Source: Candidatus Caccalectryoclostridium excrementigallinarum (GTDB lineage Bacteria; Bacillota; Clostridia; Christensenellales; UBA3700). From it: DNA of 64,000 nt. Below, piece after piece: positions 28,717 through 38,090 of the stretch (position 1 is its first letter; each line of letters begins with the position of its first letter). The stretch is taken from positions 4,135 to 68,134 of the forward strand of contig DVNJ01000032.1 of the NCBI GenBank assembly GCA_018714485.1, given 5' to 3'. A program made the translations under genes and the position numbers. The notes under the pieces were generated by a model. It was given only the letters and a program-made list of their open reading frames with translations, was not told where the DNA came from and did no database searches.

Positions 28717-28793
28717 CGAGGTGTGGCGCAGTTTGGTAGCGCGCACGGTTAGGGACCGTGAGGCCGCAAGTTCAAGTCTTGTCACCTCGACCA
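28717..28793 (+). tRNA. tRNA-Pro with anticodon AGG (A34)
   Basis: Manual cloverleaf: acceptor CGAGGTG/CACCTCG, A73, CCA encoded, anticodon stem CACGG/CCGTG, loop TTAGGGA (anticodon 28751-28753), T-loop TTCAAGT. Extended -10 TGCTACAAT upstream, terminator downstream. Confidence 0.85.
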
Positions 28794-28795
28794 TT

Positions 28796-28826
28796 CCCCG
28801 CGGGAGACCGCGGGGATATTGTTTTT
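28796..28826 (+). terminator. intrinsic terminator after tRNA-Pro
   Basis: CCCCGCGG-GAGA-CCGCGGGG followed by ATATTGTTTTT. Confidence 0.7.
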
Positions 28827-28902
28827 CCGCCATAGGGCGGTTTTTTCACGTCTTGACAAAAGTTTTTCCGCGTTATAAAATGATTAAAAACAGGAGCGAA
28901 AA

Positions 28903-29712
28903 ATGGGGACTAAGGTAAACGTTATCGGAAAAAACACCTTCATGCTCACGGACAGGCTCATTCGCGTCAACCAGTTTTTGCTCGTCGGGGAAGAGAGCGC
29001 CCTGCTCATCGACACGGGTTACGGCGGCAAGGGCTTTGCCTCGGCGCTGAAAAAACTCGCGCCGCAGCGGCTTTTCGTCGCCAACTCTCATCTTCATCCC
29101 GACCACAGCAACGGCAACTCTCTCTTTGAGCGCATATATGTGGGCGAGGCGGACATGCCCGAAAAGGGAATGCCGAGCAACGCGCTCGCGCTCGCCGTCG
29201 CGGAGCATTACGAGAAGCATGTCCCCAAGGCGCTCATCAAAAAGATACTCTCTTACGGGCTCATCACGCCCGGGAAAGAGGAATATGCGCCCATGAGCGC
29301 GAGTTTTTCCCTCGGCGGGCGCACGATAGAAACGCTCGCCTGCCCGGGGCATACGCCCGGGAGCACGCTCTTTGCGGACAGGGAGAGCGGCGATCTCTTC
29401 GTCGGCGACGCGGTGAACGGCGCGTTTTGGGCATTCACGGACCCTTCGCTCACGCTGAGCGGCTATGCCGAGGTCCTGAAAGGGCTGCTGCCGAGGCTCG
29501 ACGGCTGCAAGAGGCTTTGGATCTCGCATAGCGTCAAGCCGCTCGAAATAGGGTATATCGAGGCGTTCATCGAGACGCTTCTCGACGTCAAGCCGGAAGA
29601 GGGCAAGCCCGTGGGCATCGAGGGCACGGGCGAAAAAGTCTGCATTTTCAAGCGCTATACGCGCACTTTCGGCGATATAGGCATTTGGGCATTTAGGTCG
29701 CAGGTGAGGTGA
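28903..29712 (+). CDS. MBL-fold metallo-hydrolase
   Basis: HLHPDH zinc motif and further His/Asp ligands (CPGHTPGS). Confidence 0.85.
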   Translation: MGTKVNVIGKNTFMLTDRLIRVNQFLLVGEESALLIDTGYGGKGFASALKKLAPQRLFVANSHLHPDHSNGNSLFERIYVGEADMPEKGMPSNALALAVAEHYEKHVPKALIKKILSYGLITPGKEEYAPMSASFSLGGRTIETLACPGHTPGSTLFADRESGDLFVGDAVNGAFWAFTDPSLTLSGYAEVLKGLLPRLDGCKRLWISHSVKPLEIGYIEAFIETLLDVKPEEGKPVGIEGTGEKVCIFKRYTRTFGDIGIWAFRSQVR

Positions 29713-30662
29713 ATATGAATTTCGGAGAATTTGTCGCGCGCAAGATGGAAAGATCCATGGCAAAGCATGACCAAAAGTTCAAAAGTACGCAGCCCCTTCC
29801 CGAGGGCGTCACGGTGAAGAGCTTTGACTATCTCGACGACGGACACGAGATGCACAAGCTGAATTTTTACCGCCCCGCGGGCGTTGAGGGAACGCTGCCG
29901 CTCATCGTGGACGTTCACGGCGGCGCCTGGATCTACGGCGACAAGGAGCTGAACAAGAATTACTGCATGCATCTTGCCGCAAAGGGATATTGCGTGGCGG
30001 GAATGAGTTACCGCCTCGTGCCCGAAGTCACGCTGGGAGAGCAGGTGAAGGACGTCTTTGCCGCCTTGAATTTCATCGCCGGAAAGGCTCGGGAGTGGGG
30101 CGCGGAGAAAAAGGACGTCATGCTCACGGGCGATTCCGCGGGCGGGCATTTGTCCTCGCTCGCGCTCTGTATCTGCCTTGACAAGGAGCTGAGCGAGCTT
30201 TACGGCGTGACGCCGCCGCCGCTCGAATTTTGCTGCCTTGTCATGAGCCACCCCGTCTGCGAGGTGCATTCGATATTGCGCGGGAAAGATCTTCAGCCGC
30301 TCAAAGGCATGCGCGCTTTTCAGAGTATGTTCGACAAGCTCATGTTCGGGAGCGACCCAAAGAATGCAAAATTATTCAAAAAGGCGGCTTTTTCACAATA
30401 CAGCGAAAACGTCGTCCTGCCGCCCGTGATGATAATAGGCTGCGAAAGAGACGTCTATTTAAGGCACAGCCTTTTTCTTTCGCGGCTTCTCAAACAAAAG
30501 TCGGAAGAGGGAAAGTGCGCGCGCTTTGTCTTTGACTTTACGGGCAAGAAAGAGGAAAAGGACAAGCTCTGCCACGTCTATGACATCGCCTATCCCGACC
30601 TGCCCGATTCGCAGAGAGCGGCGGACGCCGCGCTCGCCTTTTTCCGCGATTCGCGCGCCTGA
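29709..30662 (+). CDS. alpha/beta hydrolase
   Basis: HGGAW and GDSAGG motifs. 4-nt overlap with the MBL gene. Confidence 0.8.
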   Translation: MNMNFGEFVARKMERSMAKHDQKFKSTQPLPEGVTVKSFDYLDDGHEMHKLNFYRPAGVEGTLPLIVDVHGGAWIYGDKELNKNYCMHLAAKGYCVAGMSYRLVPEVTLGEQVKDVFAALNFIAGKAREWGAEKKDVMLTGDSAGGHLSSLALCICLDKELSELYGVTPPPLEFCCLVMSHPVCEVHSILRGKDLQPLKGMRAFQSMFDKLMFGSDPKNAKLFKKAAFSQYSENVVLPPVMIIGCERDVYLRHSLFLSRLLKQKSEEGKCARFVFDFTGKKEEKDKLCHVYDIAYPDLPDSQRAADAALAFFRDSRA

Positions 30663-30767
30663 CGCCCCGCTCGGACTTAAAAGCCTCGCTTTGCTTTTTG
30701 CTATTGACAACGCGGGCGGGTAATGATATTATTTTAAGTGAGAGATATATCTCAAAAAAGGGAAAAT

Positions 30768-31436
30768 ATGTTCGAAAAAAGCGATAAGTACTTTTTTGCC
30801 GCGCGCATAACGCTCAACGTCCTGCACATTTTGGGCATGCTGCTGTTTTTGGTCGTGCCCATTCTCGTTGCCATCTTCGAGAGCGACACTTCCTGCCTCA
30901 TCTATCTCGTCGGCGTTCCCGCCACGGCGCTTTCGTGGCTGCTCACGACCGTGCTTTTCGGGGTAATTTGCGACATCAAGCTGATCAGGAACAAGCTTTA
31001 TTGCGAGGACACGCGCGCTCTCGCCAAGATATGCGCCGGAGCGGAAGCGTTCAAGAATATGGCGCGCGAGCGCATCGTCAGGGCGGAAAAGGGCGCGGAG
31101 CTGAAAGAGCTGATCGCGATGCTCGACTCGGGCGAGATCTCGCGCGAAGAATATGCCGAGCGGGTGAGCGAACTTTGGAAGCCGATCGATGAGGTCAGGC
31201 TCGCCAAAGAGCAGGAGATCGCCCGCAAGCAGGCGGAAGAAAAAGCCCGCGCCGCCAAGCAGGCGAAGCAGGAAGAAGTCGCGGCGATCGTGAGCGAGGC
31301 GCAGCAGACTTTGAAGGCGCAAGAAGGCGAAGAAAAAGCCGAAAGCGAGGAAAGCGAAGAAAAAGCCGAAGGCGCAAAAAAGCGCGAAGAAGGCGCTAAA
31401 AAGCCCGAGGAAGATCCTCAAGAGGGCGAAGAATAA
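30768..31436 (+). CDS. membrane protein with SHOCT-like motif and K/E/A-rich tail
   Basis: Two or three N-terminal TM helices, LIAMLDSGEISREEYAERVSEL, and a low-complexity tail with a repeated GAAGAAAAAGCC unit. Confidence 0.6.
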   Translation: MFEKSDKYFFAARITLNVLHILGMLLFLVVPILVAIFESDTSCLIYLVGVPATALSWLLTTVLFGVICDIKLIRNKLYCEDTRALAKICAGAEAFKNMARERIVRAEKGAELKELIAMLDSGEISREEYAERVSELWKPIDEVRLAKEQEIARKQAEEKARAAKQAKQEEVAAIVSEAQQTLKAQEGEEKAESEESEEKAEGAKKREEGAKKPEEDPQEGEE

Positions 31437-31457
31437 AGAGCGACAAGCGAAAACAGA

Positions 31458-31482
31458 GCGGACGCCGAGGCGTCCGCTTTTT
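31458..31482. terminator. intrinsic terminator between convergent genes
   Basis: GCGGACGCC-GA-GGCGTCCGC followed by TTTTT. Confidence 0.7.
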
Positions 31483-31486
31483 GCAT

Positions 31487-32593
31487 TCAAAGCCTTGACT
31501 TGAAGTCTTGGTAAGAAAAGCTGTTGAGAAGGGCGATCTCGCCGCTCGATTTTCGGTAGAGGATGTCGGGCAGCGGGGTGCCGTTGAAGGTGTTGGTCTT
31601 GACCATGGTGTAAAGCGCCATGTCGAGAAAGACTATCTCGTCCCCCGCTTTGAGCGGCTTATCGAAGGAATAATCGCCGATGACGTCGCCCGCAAGGCAG
31701 GTGTTGCCCGCGAGGCGGTAGGTATGCTTTTTCTCGCCGGGAAGTCCCGAGCCGAGCACGGGCGGGCGGTAAGGCATCTCCAAGACGTCGGGCATATGGC
31801 ATGCCGCCGAGGCGTCGAGAATGGCGATGTCGATGCCGTTTTGCACGACGTCGAGCACGGTGGCGCGCAGCTCGCCCGCGTTGAGCACGACCGCTTCGCC
31901 CGGCTCTAAATATACCGTGACGCCGTATTTGTCGATAAGGCGCGTTATCGTGCGCTCCAAGAGGGGGATGTCGTAGTCGGGGCGGGTGATATGGTGCCCG
32001 CCGCCGAGATTGAGCGAGTTGAGTGAGCTTAAATACTTGCCGAACTTTTCTTCGAGGGCTTGAACGGTCTTTGCCAAGGCGTCGCTGTTTTGCTCGCAGA
32101 GGGTATGCATATGCAGTCCGTCGAGCAGGGGAAGCAGGCTCTCGTCAAAGTCCTCCGCCTTTACGCCCATGCGCGAGCCGGGCGAGCAGGGATCGTAGAT
32201 GGCGTGCTCCTGCGTGGAGCATTCGGGATTCACCCTCAGCTGAACTTTAAGCCCCGCTCTCACGGCGCGCTCGCCGTATTTTCTCAGCTGCGCGTTTGAG
32301 TTGAAGACGATCTCGTCCGCGATCGAGAGGAGTGCTTCAAAGTCCTCCTCCTTGAAGGCGGGGGAAAAGACGTGCACTTCGCCGGGGAAATGCTCGCGCC
32401 CGAGCCGCGCTTCGTAAAGTCCGCTCGCGGTCGTGCCGTCGAGATAGCGCGAGATGAGCGGATAAGTCTTGAAGCAGGAAAACGCCTTTTGCGCCAAGAG
32501 TATTTTGCAACCCGTGCGGCGTTTGACGCCCGCGAGCGTTTGCAGATTTTTCAAAAGCGCCTTTTCGTCGATGACAAAGCAGGGCGTCTTCAT
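31487..32593 (-). CDS. nspC: carboxynorspermidine/carboxyspermidine decarboxylase
   Basis: MKTPCFVIDEKALLKNL start. Alanine-racemase-fold decarboxylase of about 368 aa. The ATG overlaps the upstream stop (TGATG). Confidence 0.9.
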   Translation of the reverse strand: MKTPCFVIDEKALLKNLQTLAGVKRRTGCKILLAQKAFSCFKTYPLISRYLDGTTASGLYEARLGREHFPGEVHVFSPAFKEEDFEALLSIADEIVFNSNAQLRKYGERAVRAGLKVQLRVNPECSTQEHAIYDPCSPGSRMGVKAEDFDESLLPLLDGLHMHTLCEQNSDALAKTVQALEEKFGKYLSSLNSLNLGGGHHITRPDYDIPLLERTITRLIDKYGVTVYLEPGEAVVLNAGELRATVLDVVQNGIDIAILDASAACHMPDVLEMPYRPPVLGSGLPGEKKHTYRLAGNTCLAGDVIGDYSFDKPLKAGDEIVFLDMALYTMVKTNTFNGTPLPDILYRKSSGEIALLNSFSYQDFKSRL

Positions 32594-33852
32594 CAGTCCA
32601 CCAAGACGGGGTTTTCGCATATCTGCCAGGGCAGGCCGTACTTGTTCAGCGCGTCCATATAGGGATCGGGATCGAACTCTTCCACGGTGTAGACGCCCGC
32701 CTTATCCCATTTGCCCGTGAGCAGCATGAGCGCGCCTATCATGGCGGGCACGCCCGTGGTGTAAGCCACTGCCTGCGAGCCGACTTCTTTGAAGCACTCT
32801 TCGTGGTCGCAGATGTTATAGATATAGGCGGTCTTTTTCTTGCCGTCCTTTTCGCCCGTGAAGATGCAACCGATGTTGGTCTTGCCCTTGGTGCGCGGTC
32901 CCAGCGAGGCGGGATCGGGCAAAAGCGCCTTCAAAAACTGTATGGGAACTATCTCGCGCCCTTCGAACATTATCGGCTCGGTGGAGAGCATGCCCACGTT
33001 TTCCAGGCACTTCATGTGCGTCAGATAGCTCTGCCCGAAGGTCATGAAAAAGCGGATGCGCTTGACGCCCTTAATGTTTTTGGCGAGGGATTCTATCTCT
33101 TCGTGGTGCAAAAGGTACATGTCCTTTTTGCCCACGCCGTCAAAGTCGTATTCGCGCTTTATGCTCATGGCGGGGACTTCCACCCACTTGCCGTTTTCCC
33201 AATAAGAGCCGGGCGCAGAGACCTCGCGCAGGTTTATCTCGGGATTGAAGTTGGTGGCGAAGGGATAGCCGTGGTCGCCGCCGTTGCAGTCCAAGATGTC
33301 TATCGTCTCTATCTTGTCGAAAAGATGCTTTTGCGCATAGGCGCAGTATGCCTGCGTCACGCCCGGATCGAAGCCCGAGCCCAAGAGGGCGGTCAGCCCC
33401 GCCTTTTTGAATTTTTCCGCATATTCCCATTGATAGGAATAATCGAAATAGGCGGAAAAGCCCTCTTTTTCGCAGCGCTTTTCGTATCTTTCGCGCCACT
33501 TCGGATCGCTCGTGTCCTCGGGTTCGTAGTTGGCGGTGTCCATATAGTTCACGCCGCATTCAAGGCATGCGTCCATGATGGTCAGATCCTGATAGGGCAG
33601 GGCGATATTCATCACCAGCTCGGGCTTATAGCTTTTGATCAGCGCGCAAAGCTCGCCCTTGTCGTCCGCGTTCACTTTCGCCGTGGTCAGCTTGGTCTTT
33701 GTCTTGCCTTCAAGCTGCCTTTTGAGTTCGTCGCACTTGGAAACCGTGCGGCTTGCGATGCACATCTCGGTGAAGACCTCATCGAGCATGCAGCATTTTT
33801 TGATCGCCACCTGAGCCACGCCGCCGCAGCCTATGACCAAAACCTTTGCCAT
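32593..33852 (-). CDS. carboxynorspermidine/carboxyspermidine synthase (saccharopine dehydrogenase family)
   Basis: VLVIGCGGVAQV Rossmann N-terminus, 419 aa. Paired with nspC. Confidence 0.9.
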   Translation of the reverse strand: MAKVLVIGCGGVAQVAIKKCCMLDEVFTEMCIASRTVSKCDELKRQLEGKTKTKLTTAKVNADDKGELCALIKSYKPELVMNIALPYQDLTIMDACLECGVNYMDTANYEPEDTSDPKWRERYEKRCEKEGFSAYFDYSYQWEYAEKFKKAGLTALLGSGFDPGVTQAYCAYAQKHLFDKIETIDILDCNGGDHGYPFATNFNPEINLREVSAPGSYWENGKWVEVPAMSIKREYDFDGVGKKDMYLLHHEEIESLAKNIKGVKRIRFFMTFGQSYLTHMKCLENVGMLSTEPIMFEGREIVPIQFLKALLPDPASLGPRTKGKTNIGCIFTGEKDGKKKTAYIYNICDHEECFKEVGSQAVAYTTGVPAMIGALMLLTGKWDKAGVYTVEEFDPDPYMDALNKYGLPWQICENPVLVD

Positions 33853-33853
33853 A

Positions 33854-34717
33854 TCAGACCTCCTTATTTTCGAGCGCTATGAGCATCTCGCGTATTATCT
33901 TTGCCGCCGCGGCGACGGAAATGCCGCTTTGGTCGTAATGAGGGGAGAGTTCGTTCACGTCGCAGCCGACTATCTCCGCCCTCTTGCAGACGAGAGTCGC
34001 CGCTCTTCTCAAAGCGTCGAAACTCACGCCGCCCGGCTCGGGAGTCCCCGTTCCGGGGAAGACGGAGGGATCGAGAACGTCGAGATCGAGCGTGAAATAA
34101 ACAGGTTCGCCCTTGAGCTTTTCAAGAGTTTCTTCCAAGCCCTCGAAGTCGAAAAGACGGGTATTTATCCTGCCCCTGCCCCATGAAAATTCGCTTTTGT
34201 CTCCCGAACGTATGCCGAATTGGAATATGCTGCCGCCCTGCAAAAGCTCGTGGCAGCGGCGCAGCACGCAGGCATGAGAGAGCTTTACGCCGAGGTAATC
34301 TTCCCTCAGGTCGGCATGCGCGTCAAAGTGGATGATATTCACGCGCGGAAATTTTTTCACGACCGCGCGGAAAGCGCCTAACGTGACGAGGTGCTCGCCG
34401 CCTATCATGAAGGGGAGCTTTTCGTCTTTGAGAATGAGCGCGGCGCGCTTTTCGATCGCTTTAAGGACTGCGGAAGCGTCGCCTATGGGCAGCTCGAGCT
34501 CTCCGCTGTCAAAGACGCGGCAGTCGGCGAGATCGGCGTTTTGATAGGGACTGAAAGTTTCCAGCCCGTAAGAGTCGCGCCTGATCGCGCCGCCGGCGAA
34601 GCGGGTCCCGGGGCGGAAAGAGGTCGTGCCGTCGAAGGGCGCGGAAAAGAGCGCTATCGAGGCGTCTTTGTATTTTGTGTCGCACGCCATAAAGACGTCA
34701 GTCTGCATGTTCAACAT
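33854..34717 (-). CDS. speB: agmatinase
   Basis: Ureohydrolase Mn-site motifs GGEH, HFDAHADL, LDLDVLDP. The start could be slightly downstream. Confidence 0.9.
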   Translation of the reverse strand: MLNMQTDVFMACDTKYKDASIALFSAPFDGTTSFRPGTRFAGGAIRRDSYGLETFSPYQNADLADCRVFDSGELELPIGDASAVLKAIEKRAALILKDEKLPFMIGGEHLVTLGAFRAVVKKFPRVNIIHFDAHADLREDYLGVKLSHACVLRRCHELLQGGSIFQFGIRSGDKSEFSWGRGRINTRLFDFEGLEETLEKLKGEPVYFTLDLDVLDPSVFPGTGTPEPGGVSFDALRRAATLVCKRAEIVGCDVNELSPHYDQSGISVAAAAKIIREMLIALENKEV

Positions 34718-35558
34718 TGCTCAGAAGTTCCTCCACATAGGCAGGGATATAAAACGCGCCCTTATGCAGGGTGGTGGTGTAATACCTGCATTTTATGCCG
34801 CGCGCGTTCCATTTTTTCTCGTTAAGATCGCGCAGCGGATGATATTTTTTCGAGGCAAAGCCGAAGAGCCAATGCCCGGAAGGATAGCTTGGGATATGCG
34901 CCTGATAGACCTTTGCCTTGGGGAAGGATTCCACGATGCGTTTATGCGCGCGCTGGCAGGCGACGGCGTCCTCGGCGTAAAAGGGGCTTTCGTGCTGATT
35001 GACCATGATCCCGTCCTCTTTGAGCGCCTTGAAGCAGTTTCCGTAAAACTCGCGCGTGAACAGCCCTTCGCCCGGTCCGAAAGGATCGGTGGAGTCCACG
35101 ATTATCAGGTCGTAAGCGTCCTTTTTCGAGCGCACGAATTTGAGTCCGTCCTCGAAATGCAGGCTCACGCGCGGATCGTCGAAGGCGCAGGCGGTGAAGG
35201 GCAGATACTCGCGGCATACCCTCGTCACCTCTTCGTCTATCTCGGCAAGGTCGATATGTTCGATGTCGTCATATTTGACCAGCTCGCGTATGACTCCGCC
35301 GTCGCCGCCGCCGATGACGAGCACGCTGCGGGCATGGGGGTGCACGGCGAGAGGGACGTGAGTTATCATCTCGTGATAGATGAACTCGTCCTTTTGAGTG
35401 AGCATCATGTAGCCGTCGAGGACGAGAAAGCGTCCGAATTCGGGAGAGTCGAAGACGTCGATGCGCTGGAACTCGCTTTTGCCCGAATAGACCTGCTTGT
35501 CCACTCTGATAGAGAGTTTAACGTTGGGGGTGTGCATTTCGGAAAACCAATATTCCAT
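34698..35558 (-). CDS. speE: spermidine synthase (polyamine aminopropyltransferase)
   Basis: VLVIGGGDGG and DSTDPFGPGEGLF motifs. Confidence 0.9.
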   Translation of the reverse strand: MEYWFSEMHTPNVKLSIRVDKQVYSGKSEFQRIDVFDSPEFGRFLVLDGYMMLTQKDEFIYHEMITHVPLAVHPHARSVLVIGGGDGGVIRELVKYDDIEHIDLAEIDEEVTRVCREYLPFTACAFDDPRVSLHFEDGLKFVRSKKDAYDLIIVDSTDPFGPGEGLFTREFYGNCFKALKEDGIMVNQHESPFYAEDAVACQRAHKRIVESFPKAKVYQAHIPSYPSGHWLFGFASKKYHPLRDLNEKKWNARGIKCRYYTTTLHKGAFYIPAYVEELLSNVEHAD

Positions 35559-35559
35559 A

Positions 35560-37014
35560 TCAAACTCCTTTGAGGACGTTGAGTCGCTCTATCCCCGCAT
35601 CCTCGGGACCCGTCATCGAGCAGCCCTTGCGCTTGGCGTAACGGATATAATCGAGAATTTGCGGGGTTATTTTTTCTCCCGGAGCCAGAACGGGTATGCC
35701 GGGGGGATAGCACATGACGAATTCGCTGCATATCCTGCCCGCCGTCTCTTCGATGGGCAGGGAGATCTTGTCTGCGTAAAAGGCGTCCTGCGGCGAGACT
35801 TCCACGACGGGTTCGATGTATTCCTGTTTCATCAGTCCCGCCCTGTCCCGCTTGAAGCGCCGCCTGATCTCGGCGAGCGCGCCGATGAGGCGCTCGATCT
35901 CGCGCGGACGGTCGCCGATGGAGATGTAGGCGAGGAGGTTGCCGAGGTCGCCGAACTCCGCCTGAATGTCGTATTCGTCGCGCAGAAGCGAATAGACCTC
36001 TATTCCCGCAAGCCCCACGTTGAGCGTGTTTATCGAGAGCTTTGTCTCGTCGAAGTCAAAGACGGTGTCGCCGTTGATAAGCTCTTTTCCGTAAGCGTAA
36101 TAATCGCCTATCTCGTTCACCTCTTTGCGCGCGTAACGCGCCAGCTCGCTCACCCGCGCGAAAGCCTGCTTTCCCCTGAGCGCGAGATTGCGGCGGGAGA
36201 TGTCAAGCGAGGAGAGCAAAAGATAAGACGCGCTCGTGGTCTGCGTGAGGTTGATTATCTGTCTGACATAGCCCTCGTGCATGGAAGGTCCCGTCAAAAG
36301 TATCGAGCTTTGAGTGAGGCTCCCGCCCGACTTATGCATGGAGACCGCCGCCATGTCCGCGCCCGCCGCCATGGCGGAGAGAGGCATGTCTTCGCCGAAA
36401 TAAAAATGCGTGCCGTGCGCTTCGTCGGCGATGCAGAGCATGCCGTGGCTGTGCGCCAGCTCGGCGATGGCTTTAAGGTCGGAACAGATGCCGTAATAGG
36501 TGGGGTTGTTGACGAGGACGGCTTTGGCGTCGGGATTTTGCTCGATGGCTTTTTTCACTCCCTCCACGCTCATGCCAAGGGAGATGCCCAGCTCGTCGTC
36601 GCAGCCGGGGTCGACGTAAACGGGCAGGGCGCCGTTGAGGACCATCGCGCCCATGACGCTGCGGTGAACGTTGCGCGGCAAAATTATCTTTTCGCCCTTT
36701 TTGGAGACGGAGAGGACCATGCTCTGAACGGCGGAGGTCGTCCCGCCCACCATCAAAAAGGCGTGCGCCGCGCCGAAGGCTTCCGCCGCCAGCTCTTCCG
36801 CGTCGCGTATGACCGAGACGGGGTGACAGAGGAAGTCGAGGCATTTCATGGAATTGACGTCCAAATTCATGCACCGCTCTCCCAAAAGGGCGGTGAGTTC
36901 GGGATTGCCGCGTCCGCGCTTGTGCCCGGGGACGTCGAAGGGCACGAGGCGCATGGATTGAAGTTGTTCGAGCGCTTCGTAGATGGGCGCTCTCTCTTGC
37001 GTGAGTTTTTTCAT
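35560..37014 (-). CDS. speA: Orn/Lys/Arg decarboxylase family enzyme, probable arginine decarboxylase
   Basis: Fold-I PLP decarboxylase with SMHKSGGSLTQSS PLP-lysine, about 484 aa as in the B. subtilis SpeA type. Operon context with speB. Confidence 0.8.
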   Translation of the reverse strand: MKKLTQERAPIYEALEQLQSMRLVPFDVPGHKRGRGNPELTALLGERCMNLDVNSMKCLDFLCHPVSVIRDAEELAAEAFGAAHAFLMVGGTTSAVQSMVLSVSKKGEKIILPRNVHRSVMGAMVLNGALPVYVDPGCDDELGISLGMSVEGVKKAIEQNPDAKAVLVNNPTYYGICSDLKAIAELAHSHGMLCIADEAHGTHFYFGEDMPLSAMAAGADMAAVSMHKSGGSLTQSSILLTGPSMHEGYVRQIINLTQTTSASYLLLSSLDISRRNLALRGKQAFARVSELARYARKEVNEIGDYYAYGKELINGDTVFDFDETKLSINTLNVGLAGIEVYSLLRDEYDIQAEFGDLGNLLAYISIGDRPREIERLIGALAEIRRRFKRDRAGLMKQEYIEPVVEVSPQDAFYADKISLPIEETAGRICSEFVMCYPPGIPVLAPGEKITPQILDYIRYAKRKGCSMTGPEDAGIERLNVLKGV

Positions 37015-37015
37015 C

Positions 37016-37774
37016 TCAATATACGTTCCTGCCGCTGAAGATCTCGATCATCTCGCGGCGCAGGTTATTCATTATCTCCAATCTCAGGCGGGGCGGCAGC
37101 TCATAGACGTCCGTCTTGAAGAGATAGTTTTGCAGGTTGATGTCCTTGACCATCATCTTGGTGTGGAAGATGTTCGCCCCGTAGACGTTGATGTCCACCG
37201 CGTCGTAACGCGAGAGGATATTGTCCGAGATATAATCCTGGATGCTGGTCACCTTGTGGTCCATGAACAGCTTTTTCCCGTCCACGTCGCGCGTGAAGCC
37301 CCTGACGCGGTAGTCCATGGTTATTATGTCCGAATCAAAAGAGCTGATGAGATAATCCAGCGTGGAAAGGGGAGTTATCTCGCCGCAGGTGGCGACGTCG
37401 ATGTCCACGCGGAAGGTGGCGAGCGAGGTCTCGGGATGATATTCCGGATAAGTGTGAACGGTGACGTGGCTCTTGTCTAAATGCGCCAGCTGCGTCTCGC
37501 CCGCGGGCTTCATCGAGCCTTCGGCGATGAGAATGGTCACGGACGCGCCCTGGGGATCGTAATCCTGCTTGGCGATGTTGAGCACTTTGGCGCCGATCAT
37601 GTCGGTGAGGTTGGTGAGGATATTGGTCAGGCGCTCGGAGTTATACTGTTCGTCGATATAATCGATATAATCGCGCTGCTCGCGCGCCGTCTTGGCGTAG
37701 CAAACGTCGTAGATGTTGAAACTCAACGCCTTGGTGAGATTGTTGAACCCGTATAACTTCATCTTGTCGTCCAT
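37016..37774 (-). CDS. speD: S-adenosylmethionine decarboxylase proenzyme (E. coli SpeD type)
   Basis: [16 protein letters not shown] self-processing site region, closely resembling E. coli SpeD. Confidence 0.9.
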   Translation of the reverse strand: MDDKMKLYGFNNLTKALSFNIYDVCYAKTAREQRDYIDYIDEQYNSERLTNILTNLTDMIGAKVLNIAKQDYDPQGASVTILIAEGSMKPAGETQLAHLDKSHVTVHTYPEYHPETSLATFRVDIDVATCGEITPLSTLDYLISSFDSDIITMDYRVRGFTRDVDGKKLFMDHKVTSIQDYISDNILSRYDAVDINVYGANIFHTKMMVKDINLQNYLFKTDVYELPPRLRLEIMNNLRREMIEIFSGRNVY

Positions 37775-38090
37775 GTCTTTCTCCGCTGCGCCTTAGCGCA
37801 TATAATGAAAAAGCGATATGCTCTGCATACCGCCTGTTGTATCGTGATCGCGCACGGGCGCATTTTCCCACGGATACGAAGTCAGAGTCTATATAGCAAA
37901 TACTTACTTTTACTACTCTTATTGTTACAAGCGGCGGCACCGAAGTACCGACTCATAATATAAGGATCGGGAAGTCCCGATACAATAAGGCAGCTTGCGC
38001 TGCTCATCGGCAGTGGACCCGGCTGTCCGTATGGCCTTGACCCGAAGGTGGTCCGTAGTTATTTGCGTGGATACTCTTTTCATATCCGGG
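37775..38090 (-). promoter_or_regulatory. long structured 5' leader of the polyamine operon (unclassified candidate riboswitch/attenuator)
   Basis: About 315 nt between the promoter and the speD ATG. Two c(UUCG)g hairpins, a c(GCAA)g hairpin, ATCGGG-ACTT-CCCGAT, an 8-bp closing helix CUUAUUGU/ACAAUAAG (37916-37987), and an internal terminator. Confidence 0.5.
37804..37832 (-). terminator. intrinsic terminator inside the speD leader (attenuator)
   Basis: Minus strand reads GCGGUAUGC-AGA-GCAUAUCGC (9 bp) followed by UUUUU, about 30 nt upstream of the SD/ATG of speD. Confidence 0.6.

Noticed and set aside
37923-38081. 52-codon ORF (MKRVSTQITTDHLRV...) inside the speD leader, as a possible leader peptide
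   Set aside because: There is no Shine-Dalgarno sequence, and the ATG lies within about 10 nt of the predicted TSS. The ORF runs through the hairpins. It is kept only as a remote possibility.
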